A DNA stretch of 64,000 nucleotides. Origin: Albugo candida (Eukaryota). How positions within the stretch are numbered: position 1 is the first letter of the stretch; each line of letters starts with the position of its first letter. This document shows, piece by piece, positions 11,691-23,111 of this stretch. The stretch spans positions 62,001-126,000 of the forward strand of contig JBDOQK010000031.1 in assembly GCA_040437565.1 (NCBI GenBank), given 5' to 3'. The notes under the pieces are model-generated. The model was not told the DNA's origin and did not search any database. It saw only the letters and a list, made by a program, of their open reading frames with translations. A program made the position numbers and the translations under genes.

Positions 11691-12527
11691 TTATAGCGAC
11701 GCGGGTATTAGCGGATGTGCGGGACGCTGGACGCCGCACGCCTGCACGCTGAGGACGCATTTCTTTTCGAGTTTTTGCAAAAAGAGGTTTCCGAGTGACT
11801 CACCTTTGCGTGTGAATGGATCCGTTCGGATTGTTAGCATTCCTGTGGCGTGAGTGAGTGATTGTCAGGAGGAAGATTGACGGTATACCGTTTAAATTGC
11901 CGAATAAGACGTCGGTGGAATAGCGATCGCCAATCATAACGAGCTGGTGTGACGAGATTGGATGAAAATACGCACGAACGGGATCGATTCCTAGCGGTTT
12001 CTAAGCGGATGTGATGAGTAGAGAAATTGAAGTGATTTGAGATAATGGGAACCTTTGTGTGATGGCGGAGAACGGGGATGTGGAGCTCGGATTCGATCTG
12101 ATTGGCTTCGTCAAAATTGGCATCCCCGCTGGAGCCAGCGGAATTGGAGAATATGACAATGCGGTCACGGAATAAGTCTTTGCATTCATTTATTGCGTCC
12201 TACATGGAAGATTGGAGAAGGATAGGGAGAGAGGAGAGGAAGCTTGTGATGACCTGGTATTCGGATCGTAATATGCGCTCATACGGAACGGTGAGCGTGT
12301 TATCTTTGTCAATGATGAGGCCGCGGAACCCAAGGCGCTTTATCGTTTGAAAGGGAATGTCGCTGAACGCTGAAGGCGGAAATTGGATATGAGCCAATGT
12401 GAAAGTACATGCGCGAGGAGTTATTACATTGGTAGGAAAAGTGCGGGAGGAGCAGCGCAGGATCACAGCAAAGAGCTCGACAGAACGCATGAACTCCATG
12501 CAAATTGACATTTTTCATTTTACCCAA
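11691..12527 (-). CDS. HAD-IIIA phosphatidylglycerophosphatase (GEP4/YqeG family), multi-exon
   Basis: Spliced exons give GLIIDKDNTLT (motif I), IVIFSNSAGS (motif II), IPVLRHHTK and LVMIGDRYSTDVLFGNLNG|MLTI (motif IV). Ends ...GVQRPAHPLIPASL, stop 11691-11693. Confidence 0.85.
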
Positions 12528-12647
12528 CCAGAATAGTTAGCTTTTATTTGCATCCAATCGTATTGCACCGACTGCAATGTTAGGAGTAAAAGACAATTCT
12601 ACAATGTTGACGTCATTTATGTCAGAAATCTCATCTGATACAGTCCA

Positions 12648-14153
12648 ATGTCGTCGTTGGCAGATTCTTTCTTAGAAGATCTCGATGAGCTGGGTAGCGG
12701 TAGCAGTGGTGATGAGGAAGAGACCAACCAAACAGTAGAAAATATATCAACACCCCCGCTGGAATCCTCCGCAAGGCCTCAAAACAGCTCCTCTCACAAA
12801 CCAACCAATAATGAGATAGAGACCTCAAAAACTGGTGGAAAGCCGCAACTTCACAAAATTGCCACTCTAAAGCGATCAAAAACGTATCTCAATCACATTC
12901 AAACTATCGAAAAGCACTTTACGGATGGAAAAGAGCAATTGCAATCACTTTCCATGCAGAAAGACTCTGAAGAATATGATTTAGTGGTCACCTCAAACGA
13001 TCTCATGGTGCGAATTGATGACGAGATTGCAGCCATTCATCGCTTCTTAATCGAAATGTATGCACCCAAATTTCCAGAACTCGAATCGCTGGTGCCGAAT
13101 GCCTTGGATTACGCGCGCGTCGTCGAGCGAATTGGAAATGAGACGGATATGACGCTAGTTGATTTGGCTTCATTGCTTCCTAGTGCGACGGTCATGAGTG
13201 TATCTGTGACCGGTTCGACTACCAGTGGAAAACCGCTTCCACCGGATGCACTTGAGATTTGTATGGAAGCCTGTAAAGAGCTTTTCGACCTTGAAAAGGA
13301 TAAGATTATGATCCTGGAATTTGTCGAATCTCGAATGCGATTTCTCGCACCCAATGTCGCTCAACTCGTTGGGACACGAATAGCAGCGCAGCTGATAGGG
13401 CTAGCTGGCGGTGTTTTGGAGCTGGCTCGCATCCCTTCGTGTAATTTGCAAGTTTTAGGACAGCAAAAAAAAGTTCTGAGTGGGTTTTCTTCAGCTGCGG
13501 CTTTGAAGCACACTGGGATCATTTTCCATTGTGATCTCATCCAAAATGTTCCTCCGTATCTCCGGATCAAAGCCTGTCGAGCTCTGGCTGGTAAAACAGC
13601 ACTTTGTGCGCGCGTTGATAGTGACCAAAATGCATCGGATCCTGACGGACAAGTTGGTGCTCAACTTCGTCAAGATCTGATCATAAAGATGGAAAAATGG
13701 CAAGAGCCTCACAAAGCCAAAAGCAAAAAAGCCTTACCGGTTCCAGACGAGAAACCACGACGAAAACGAGGAGGGAAGCGTTATCGTAAGCTAAAAGAGC
13801 GACTTCAGATGACTGATGTTCGTAAGGAACTAAACCGTAGATCGTTTGCAACCGCAGATGAAGAATACGGTGATAATGCGATGGGCCTCACAGCAGGAAG
13901 ATTGGGTCAAGAAGGCTCGGGGAATCTCCGAATCTTACGTAAAGAGCAGAAACAAACAGCAAAAAAACTTAAGGCAGCAAGTTTTGCTGCTGCTAAACAG
14001 CCTCTGTCTGGGCTTTCATCTTCTTTGGCATTCACTCCCGTTCAAGGAATTGAATTAATGAATCCAGAGGCAGCTACAGCGCGAGTGCGTGAAGCAAACA
14101 AAAAGTATTTCTCTGCTGATAGCGGGTTTGTTAGCATAGTCAAGCAACCATAG
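12648..14153 (+). CDS. PRP31: U4/U6 snRNP protein Prp31 (NOSIC/Nop domain + Prp31_C)
   Basis: YAPKFPELESLVPNALDY, FVESRMRFLAPN, LARIPSCNLQVLG, KALPVPDEKPRRKRGGKRYRK, SGLSSSLAFTPVQGIEL. Intronless 501 aa. Confidence 0.96.
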   Translation: MSSLADSFLEDLDELGSGSSGDEEETNQTVENISTPPLESSARPQNSSSHKPTNNEIETSKTGGKPQLHKIATLKRSKTYLNHIQTIEKHFTDGKEQLQSLSMQKDSEEYDLVVTSNDLMVRIDDEIAAIHRFLIEMYAPKFPELESLVPNALDYARVVERIGNETDMTLVDLASLLPSATVMSVSVTGSTTSGKPLPPDALEICMEACKELFDLEKDKIMILEFVESRMRFLAPNVAQLVGTRIAAQLIGLAGGVLELARIPSCNLQVLGQQKKVLSGFSSAAALKHTGIIFHCDLIQNVPPYLRIKACRALAGKTALCARVDSDQNASDPDGQVGAQLRQDLIIKMEKWQEPHKAKSKKALPVPDEKPRRKRGGKRYRKLKERLQMTDVRKELNRRSFATADEEYGDNAMGLTAGRLGQEGSGNLRILRKEQKQTAKKLKAASFAAAKQPLSGLSSSLAFTPVQGIELMNPEAATARVREANKKYFSADSGFVSIVKQP

Positions 14154-16691
14154 TGACGCCAATAATACCAAGCTTTTAAGAAAAGCAAGTAGCAGATGGA
14201 ATTATACACGATAATCCTTGGTCGTTACTCTTCAAGTGCTGATTGTCTTTCCATATACAGGTTTGGCCAGTGGCAAGTTGCACGATCATTACATTATACA
14301 ATCAAAATCGATTGCCACACTTTTTTGTGTGGTCGCCCACTTGAGATCGAATGGGATACATCCGTTTCATACCAAAGGTTCTGCTCAGACTTTTTCCTGT
14401 AAGATCTTCTGCTAGGACAGCACATGCCAAATTCTGTTCAAGTATTTTGCCTGGGTAGAAGACTCACTGTTAATCATACCCATTAAATTGCTGGTTGTTA
14501 TGGCAATGTATGCTGGTAGAGTGCTTTCGTCTACGCCATTAGGTGAAGCGAGCAAATATGATACAGACAACCAGGCGATTACCTTTATTAGATTCCAACA
14601 TCCGTGCGAGCTCGTTGAGAATCTCGAAGTGATGCCAGGAGCCTCGTGTAATCCGGAGTGTTTCTTCATCATAAAGAGCGGCTTTGAGCAGCATGATGCT
14701 TGCGTTATGGTGTCAACATGTACTTCCTTTTGCATAATGATCAACCTCGAATGGCGTGCAAATATGGCTCAAAGCACCGATTCCATAGAATAGAAATAGA
14801 GCTTATTCAGAGGCTTTGTATAGATACAAAATAGCGTATGGAAAGATGCTTTTGTAGATCTGGAAACTGAAGTGATCGGGACATGCTTTGTGGGTCATAG
14901 TAGCTGCCTTTTATCCCATAAACTGATACGGAAGACAACATCTTTTTGTTCCTTTGCCTCGTTGTATCGAATTGAGCGCAAATGCACCTATGTTATTAAA
15001 TCGGGTCTGTATACAGCGACATGCCCAAAGGATTTATGAGATAGAAATTGGATGCAAGGTAGCTGCCCCCTTGATTATGACTCTGTCTGATGGAATCTTT
15101 AAGTATAAAGAAGCCATCACCCGGCCTTGAATTTTATATAAGAAAACGAAGCATGTTAGTGCTTGACTTGCTGCAGGAATATAGCAGGTCAATCTCTAAT
15201 CAGTATAGAATTTTGCGATCGCGGTGGACAACTGATGAGCTTCAAAGTGCGCATATTGCATCTTGAAATTTTAAAGGTCTATCGGATGAGTACATCGTGA
15301 GTCTTATTTACTTTAAACTTCGTACAGGTTTTCATTCGGTCGTCTGCTGCATGATGACGCCTTTATGTGTAATTGGAAACAAAGTGACCATCTGCGCATA
15401 CCTCAAAATGTCTCAGCCAGAATCTACTGATTCCAACCCGATCCTATTCTACATACAAAAGAACAATCAAGTCATCAGAGCTCACTTCCAAATTCTGCGT
15501 CTTCGTCCCGTGAGACATTTTAGGGCATCACGAAGGTGTGCGGCTCGTCCTTGATAAGATTTGTGGCATGTAGCATCTCGGTGAGAGTATCTTGACAACG
15601 GACAATTTTGATATGAGTTCTAACCCATCATCAAATGCTCTGCTAACGTTTGCCACCAGCGACGAGAATCGATGTAACTGGTTTACAAAGCATAGTTCTG
15701 GAACGCAAATGAATTGCAGTAAGATGTATCAGTGACTCTGAGGCTAAAATCCCCATACCGAATTGCTTAAGACGCTTACGGAGCTATTTGACTTGATCTA
15801 TTCTTCCAAAGCTTTGCTACGACCGAAGACCGAACGCACATTCAAACTCCAGAAACAAAATCACAGCACATCACGACACAGTGCAAAGCGGATGATATTC
15901 AAGATATACTGATTAAGCTCTGACAAATGTTCTTCCAGTGATTGTCTTTTTCGTGACCTTTGCTGGGTCTCTTTCAGGACGAGACCGGTTGAGCACTACA
16001 AATTGCATTAGATCATGACACAAAGCATTGTATTGAGCGCAAACCTTGTAGCAATAAATCGACACGCTTTCGCATTCGGATGTGAAGATATGTTTTCGAG
16101 CACTTGATGTGATAGTGCAAGTAGTTTCGAAAGCCCTGGAGCATCGTTGCTGCTTTTTCACACTTTTCAATGGTATCGACATGTCCTGTGAATATGGCTA
16201 TCACGACAACTCTCAGCCACGTATCAGTGCGTAGACGAGAATACTGCGCATACCAAAGCTGAGATACCCGACAAGTCCTTTTCCTCCGTGCAAGTTTGAT
16301 GCTCCACGCAGCTCTAAGGGTGGGTCTTTGTTGAAAGCCACAGGTGGAGCATTGTTCACTGCTCTTCGAGAATCGACGAGTTCCTACATAAACAGAAAAC
16401 AAATTATATCATATCTTCAAAAACATGTGAAGTAACCTGCAGGAAAACTCGTGCAATCGCTTGATCCGTTTTGTCTTCAAAAAAAACTGAAAATACGACA
16501 ACGACGCGATCTGATTGCGGTAATATATAAATGCATTCGTATCGCCGAAATGGAATTTGAATTGCTCCAANNNNNNNNNNNNNNNNNNNNNNNNNNNNNN
16601 NNNNNNNNNNNNNNNNNNNNNNNNNNNNNNNNNNNNNNNNNNNNNNNNNNNNNNNNNNNNNNNNNNNNNNATGATATTCAAGATATACTGA

Positions 16692-18042
16692 TTAAGCTCT
16701 GACAAATGTTCTTCCAGTGATTGTCTTTTTCGTGACCTTTGCTGGGTCTCTTTCAGGACGAGACCGGTTGAGCACTACAAATTGCATTAGATCATGACAC
16801 AAAGCATTGTATTGAGCGCAAACCTTGTAGCAATAAATCGACACGCTTTCGCATTCGGATGTGAAGATATGTTTTCGAGCACTTGATGTGATAGTGCAAG
16901 TAGTTTCGAAAGCCCTGGAGCATCGTTGCTGCTTTTTCACACTTTTCAATGGTATCGACATGTCCTGTGAATATGGCTATCACGACAACTCTCAGCCACG
17001 TATCAGTGCGTAGACGAGAATACTGCGCATACCAAAGCTGAGATACCCGACAAGTCCTTTTCCTCCGTGCAAGTTTGATGCTCCACGCAGCTCTAAGGGT
17101 GGGTCTTTGTTGAAAGCCACAGGTGGAGCATTGTTCACTGCTCTTCGAGAATCGACGAGTTCCTACATAAACAGAAAACAAATTATATCATATCTTCAAA
17201 AACATGTGAAGTAACCTGCAGGAAAACTCGTGCAATCGCTTGATCCGTTTTGTCTTCAAAAAAAACTGAAAATACGACAACGACGCGATCTGATTGCGGT
17301 AATATATAAATGCATTCGTATCGCCGAAATGGAATTTGAATTGCTCCAAGTGCTGCTGCATTTCCAGCCTTCAATGCCTGGAAGCACCTTATCGAAATCA
17401 TTATGATCCGAATTCAGTTAGTGAATGTGAGCAACTCACTGCTCAAACGGAGCTCCCAATATATTTCTTTTCAAAAGAGCAAGACGATGGATGATGGACG
17501 CTATTATGATTACTATGTCAAACAGGTCTGCTTGCTAGAAGAAACAACTGACACGCCTGACCCGAATTTTCTGAATTGATCGCATTGACATCGATTTGGA
17601 GCGATAAATCGAAACCCTCCTTTGGCGTGACAATAGCAAACTCGGCGTATTTCTCCGGAAACATGTGTTTCACACCATATCTGAGTGTTGCATACTTAAA
17701 TTAGCTTCACTGCAGTGACGTTGAGCTTGTCTTACTCCTCAATATCTTTGTACGGTGCGTATATAAGGGATACGGTCAATGTACTGTTCTCAATGAAGAT
17801 TTCGTACTGAGCATCTATCGATATGCGCTATGGGACTGACAATTGCAGGGAGACCTTTTCTTACCGTCAAAATCACATAATCGAACTTGAAGCGGGTCTA
17901 CGGGACGCAATGCACTGTATGAAGCGATGCGAGATTATAGAGGAGGGCCCAATGTTGTGTATTAGTCCTCTACGTACTCTTCACCCAGTTTTTCTTCCAA
18001 AACTTCCTTAACGATTTTGTGCTCAGTCTCGAGGAATAACAT
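16692..18042 (-). CDS. ARPC2: Arp2/3 complex subunit 2 (p34-Arc), multi-exon
   Basis: Starts MLFLETEHKIVKEVLEENW (ATG 18042). Contains DRVVVVFSVFFEDKTDQAIARVFLQ, FRNYLHYHIKCSKTYLHIRMRKRV and VLNRSRPE..KKTITGRTF. The 3' part is repeated at 15891-16570 across a gap. Confidence 0.92.
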
Positions 18043-18287
18043 TGCGATAAGTAGTTGTTTATTGGCTAAATATCGGTATTCTAACTTCCTACTCAACAAT
18101 TGCGGTGACATACATACACTCTTTCGTATGCTGCCTTAAAGCTTGTCGGTATAAGCAGAGTGTGAAGTGGCAAAGAGGACTTTGCAAAAGGCAAACACAA
18201 AGTGATGAAAGATCTGGCTATTCTCTTCTTACGCAAATTGCTCTTCTTGCGTCCACAAAACAGGTCACAACGATAGTTTCCCACTTG

Positions 18288-20225
18288 TTAGCCAATAGAC
18301 TGATACGCATGGCGCCGAGAAAGATTGAGAAGAGTCAGTAGAGATATGCCTAAGAGAAAACCAGCAAGCATTCCACCTCCTATTTGTAGCACATTAAACG
18401 AGCTCTCGCGTTGTAGCTTTGCTGGTGAGGTTGCAGTCGTTTCAGGTATAGACTTGCTCGAGTCGTGAAGCGTGGACGGGACAGGTGTTACAAAGTTGGT
18501 CAATTTGAGCCACCAAGCTGGATATCCTGGACACTCAGTTTCACCGGGATTCTCTCCAGTCAGAATGTTGCCATCACTGTATTTTGCAACCAACGTCCAT
18601 GCCAATTTCCACCATTCATCTACAACATAAGCTGCAAATTTATTCTTGGCTTCTTCCAAATGTGCTACTTCGGTCGCATTTATATCGGAGCCGAAATTGT
18701 GATTGTCAAGCTTCTTTTGGAATTCAAATGCCTCTTCTTGTAGCTCCTTACTACGTTGCCGAACCTCTTCGCTTATAACGTCGAAACGCAGGAGGCACCA
18801 GTTGTTCACAAAATTGAATGCTCTCCACGCAGATTCGAGACTGAACTCACTCTGTTTTCCAGTCATATACGACTCCGGAATGTTTTCCTGTCGACATGAA
18901 AATGGAACGTAAACTGTTCCGTGGGGGCTACCTTGTCCATACCAAATAATTCCACCTGCACCATCTGGGAGAGATGGTCTTATTTGTAAAATGTAGCTGA
19001 AAGTAGTTCGATAGATCGATATTGGCCGTTCCCAACCTCCAAGCTTTGACTTCGTTTGCCAGCGAACGGGTGATCCGAAGGGACCAGCTGCCAGACCTTT
19101 CGTCAGGTCGTAGGGTGTTTTTTGGTAATAATCTTTGTAAATATCCATCACATCGTTGACACTTACAAGTGCATCTGGTTTTACCGAGAAAGGATACGTC
19201 TTTTCCTCCATATGCCATCCTAACCGAGGATCCAAATGCAGAGAAGGAGCCAAAAGATCATACACTCTCCAAATGCGTCTACCGATATATTTTGCAACCA
19301 TTTCGTCATGCTCTTGATAGCCATAAACTCGTGTAAAATCAAAAGGTCCATCCAGAGACTTGTTCCACCATCCCATCTCTTCACAAAGACTAAAGATGTT
19401 TTTTGATGCCATAAAGTAGTCCGGTTTCTCCAAATCGATCTCGCGTATTGTGAATCCGTTTGCGACCACTGTAATATGATCATCGGCAACGCGCTGGGCC
19501 GCCCAAACAGCACTGGCGTTATTTTTACCGGTCAAAATGTGAAAGATCCATACTTCTCCATGCTTATCGGATATACCCAATGTTTCAGCGGAATCAACAT
19601 ATGCTGGTGCATGCGGATCTCCACTGTCTTCACTATAGAAACCATACTCTTCCGCCAGGGAGCCCATCGTTTGAATAGCACAACGAGCAGAGACACATCT
19701 TTCTAATGCAATCTTTGAAAGCTCATCAATTCCAAACATATTGTATCCGTAGGGCAGATCTTTGGACCATCCAACGGTTCGAGCCCCGCATGTGCTTTCA
19801 GCAATACTTAATTGCATGTCATTCATAACTCCGTAATCCTGGTCATAGTAGCCATACGTGTACGAAATCTGTGGGATGTGCCCCAATGGAACAAATACTT
19901 CTTCAAGAGCAGCGGACAAATTAGCAGACTCCAACTTTTTGGGCATATAATGCGGGCCACGCTCAAAGGTAACCACACGCGGATATCCTGCCGCGAATTT
20001 ATACACAGCTCGTTTGGAGTCTGAAGGATGTTGTTGGGCAGGTACACGGACAAGACGTAAGTCGGATGCTACACCACCTGCGTCATCAGAGTGAGCAACA
20101 AGTGTCGATCTATCGGCTGTCGCATTTTTGCCGCAGGCAATCAATGTGCAGCCTGATGCGTGTTGAGGGAGCAAAGAGATCAAAAGAACACATCCAAAAA
20201 ACGTTCGAGGCTTTACAGGTCGCAT
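18288..20225 (-). CDS. Peptidase family C69 (dipeptidase A/secernin-like Ntn hydrolase), signal peptide + C-terminal TM anchor (copy 1)
   Basis: Hydrophobic leader, then nucleophile motif G|CTLIACGKNATADRSTLVAHSDD. Also GVMNDMQLSIAEST, ALERCVSARCAIQTMG, WAAQRV and ERPISIYRT. TM GGGMLAGFLLGISLLTLL followed by a short tail RRHAYQSIG. Confidence 0.92.
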   Translation of the reverse strand: MRPVKPRTFFGCVLLISLLPQHASGCTLIACGKNATADRSTLVAHSDDAGGVASDLRLVRVPAQQHPSDSKRAVYKFAAGYPRVVTFERGPHYMPKKLESANLSAALEEVFVPLGHIPQISYTYGYYDQDYGVMNDMQLSIAESTCGARTVGWSKDLPYGYNMFGIDELSKIALERCVSARCAIQTMGSLAEEYGFYSEDSGDPHAPAYVDSAETLGISDKHGEVWIFHILTGKNNASAVWAAQRVADDHITVVANGFTIREIDLEKPDYFMASKNIFSLCEEMGWWNKSLDGPFDFTRVYGYQEHDEMVAKYIGRRIWRVYDLLAPSLHLDPRLGWHMEEKTYPFSVKPDALVSVNDVMDIYKDYYQKTPYDLTKGLAAGPFGSPVRWQTKSKLGGWERPISIYRTTFSYILQIRPSLPDGAGGIIWYGQGSPHGTVYVPFSCRQENIPESYMTGKQSEFSLESAWRAFNFVNNWCLLRFDVISEEVRQRSKELQEEAFEFQKKLDNHNFGSDINATEVAHLEEAKNKFAAYVVDEWWKLAWTLVAKYSDGNILTGENPGETECPGYPAWWLKLTNFVTPVPSTLHDSSKSIPETTATSPAKLQRESSFNVLQIGGGMLAGFLLGISLLTLLNLSRRHAYQSIG

Positions 20226-20793
20226 ACTTTCGTTCTCGAGTGCTTTAATAAATGCACAAGAGCGACGAATAATAGCCAGCAGCTTTTATAGAACGTCATG
20301 AGTAGTGTGCGCAACGCAATTTTAGGGCATATGAGCGCGATAGCATCGCCAAATTCTTCCTCACCTTTTGTCTGAGAGGAGTTGATCAATGAGAAACACT
20401 GTTTTCAGCCTTCAACTGTGCATATACATTCTGAGTGTACACCGGTGCATCTTGTGTAAAAAAAACGAAACACCGAGTGGCGATTTCAACTACTTTGTTT
20501 GGTGAGTGCATAAGATACTTTAGGACTAACAACTCATCGCCACCGCAATTTTGAGTTGGATGAAAAAAGTACTGTCTATGTCATGGACAAAATGTCTCGG
20601 TCGCATTTTGGTTGTATGAGTAACGGAATGTTTCACTTTCATTGTGACCGTGAGCCTTGGCTTCTTAATTATGGCTAATAAAGTGTTTCTATGGGATGTG
20701 TCCGAGAAAAAGATGACTATTTATATGAAGTTGGTTGACATTCATTTTGAGTGCTGAGAAAATCCTTCCATAAAACTTTCAGCACTCACTTTG

Positions 20794-22627
20794 AAATGGC
20801 CCAGCTATAAGCTTCGCCTAACCATCTTGCACAAGAGTTGAATTTCTCTGGGTAATAAAGATAATGGACAGATGGCTGGTCGGTAACATCACAAAGAATT
20901 CCTTGTGATTTGTCACTAAATCACTGTCAGTAGCACTAAGCGCCACCTCTGGGCACAACAACGATACCTGAACTTTGTTGTGCAATAAACGACAGTGACG
21001 GTCTGAAATCCAATCTACCGGCACGTCAGAGAGAAAACGGATCCAGTGATAATGGATGCAAATCGTGGGGCAGTAAATAAGAAAAATTAAATCAACGCAA
21101 AAGCTTGAATTTCTCGATTCAAGTCGTGTACTATTTGATGGACCTATACAAACAACGCGACATTCCAATCGCGTCGCAAGCTCGACAAGATTGTACGTAG
21201 CAAAGAGGCGCTTGATCAGGAGTAGACGCTAACTCATCTGATGGACTATCGTTCGAGTTAATGTATTCACAAAGACCCTCATGAGACGCCCAACCACTAT
21301 TTCAATCATATTTTCTGAGATTGTATAGATTCGTACAAGCTTGCGTACGTATGTGCATCCTCTTGGAGCTGCTTTAGAAACGATGAAACCTTCGGAAACG
21401 TGAGCACATGAGTCTACTTCGTTAATACGTTTATGCTTTTCATCAAATCCTTTATTTAGGCCTCTTTAGTTGTGTGTATCTTGTCCAGACTTGTTCTTTC
21501 CGTGGCAAAATTGATTATGATGGATTGCTATCGGCTCGCGAAATCTGGTTTATTGAATCAGTACTGATGATTCACTTACTAATGACTAGTGACCATGACT
21601 GCTTTTATTACAGTAATATTACTGATTATTTCTAGTTCTCTACTAGATTAAAAATAAAGNNNNNNNNNNNNNNNNNNNNNNNNNNNNNNNNNNNNNNNNN
21701 NNNNNNNNNNNNNNNNNNNNNNNNNNNNNNNNNNNNNNNNNNNNNNNNNNNNNNNNNNNAAATGGCCCAGCTATAAGCTTCGCCTAACCATCTTGCACAA
21801 GAGTTGAATTTCTCTGGGTAATAAACATAATGGACAGATGGCTGGTCGGTAACATCACGAAGAATTCCTTGTGATTTGCCACTAAATCACTGTCAGTAGC
21901 ACTCAGCGCCACCTCTGGGCACAACAACGATACCTGAACTTTGTTGTGCAATAAACGACAGTGACGGTCTGAAATCCAATCTACCGGCACGTCAGAGAGA
22001 AAACGGATCCAGTGATTGTGGATGCAAATCGTGGGGCAGTAAATAAGAAAAATCAAATCAACGCAAAAGCTTTAATTTCTCGATTCAAGTCGTGTACTAT
22101 TTGATGGACCTATACAAACAACGCGACGTTCCAATCGCGTCGCAAGCTCGCCAAGATTGTACGTAGCAAATAGGCGCTTGATCAGGAGTAGACGCTCAAC
22201 TCATTTGATGGACTATCGTTCGAGTTAATGCATTCACAAAGACCCTCATGAGACGCCCAAACACTATTTCAATCATATTTTCTGAGATTGTATAGATTCG
22301 TACATGCTTGCGTACGTATGTGCATCCTCTTGGAGCTGCTTCAGAAACGATGAAACCTTCGGAAAACGTGAGCACACGAGTCTACTTCGTTAATACGTTT
22401 ATGCTTTTCATCAAATCCTTTATTTAGGCCTTTTTTGTTTTGTGTATCTCGTCCAGACTTGTTCATCCGTGGCAAAATTGATTATGATGGATTGCTATCT
22501 GCTCGCGAAATCTGGTTTATTGAATCAGAACTGATAATTCACTTACTAATGACTAGTGACTATGACTGCTTTTATTACAGTAATATTACTGATTATTTCC
22601 AGTTCTCTACTAGATTAAAAATAAAGA
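20794..22627. repeat. ~870-bp direct duplication either side of a gap (20794-21659 vs 21760-22627), with scattered SNPs/indels
   Basis: Near-identical sequence with visible substitutions (e.g. ATAAAGATAATG vs ATAAACATAATG; GATAATGG vs GATTGTGG). Confidence 0.85.
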
Positions 22628-23111
22628 AAAAATTCAGTTGGTTTTTAATCTATTTCGTATATGATTGGATGAAATAATTTCATGCGCTCAGTCACTAGTG
22701 AGATAATAGTCAGCTTTTTATCACAGTGATATTTCTGATTATTTTCTAGTTTTCTACTAGATTCAGAGTAAGTGAGTTATTACACTGCTTTTTATTACAG
22801 TAATATTACTGATTATTTCTAGTTCTCTACTACTTTGAATCTAGTTCTCTACTACTTTGAATCTAGTAGAGAACTAGAAATAATGAGTCATATTACTGCA
22901 ATAAAAAGCAGTGTAATAACTCACTTACTCTGAATCTAGTAGAAAACTAGAAAATAATCAGAAACATCACTGTGATAAAAAGCTGTCTATTATCTCACTA
23001 GTGACTGAGCGCATGAAATTATTTCATCCAATCATATACGAAATAGATTAAAAACCAACTGAACTCTTTCTTTATTTTTAATCTAGTAGAGAACTAAAAA
23101 TAATCAGTAAT
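22585..23111. repeat. Large imperfect palindrome/foldback element, ~250-bp arms with internal subrepeats
   Basis: 22585-22832 is the reverse complement of 22864-23111 with few mismatches. Recurring unit TGATTATTTCTAGTTCTCTACTAG. The centre holds a 22-bp tandem duplication. Confidence 0.92.

Noticed and set aside
15891-16570. Second ARPC2 3' half
   Set aside because: Identical to 16671-17350 across a 100-N gap, so an assembly artefact. The same pattern occurs at the gaps near 4.9, 25.2, 28.8 and 33.6 kb.
22560-23111. CRISPR-like array
   Set aside because: Eukaryotic context, repeats are degenerate and inverted, and there are no unique regular spacers or cas genes.
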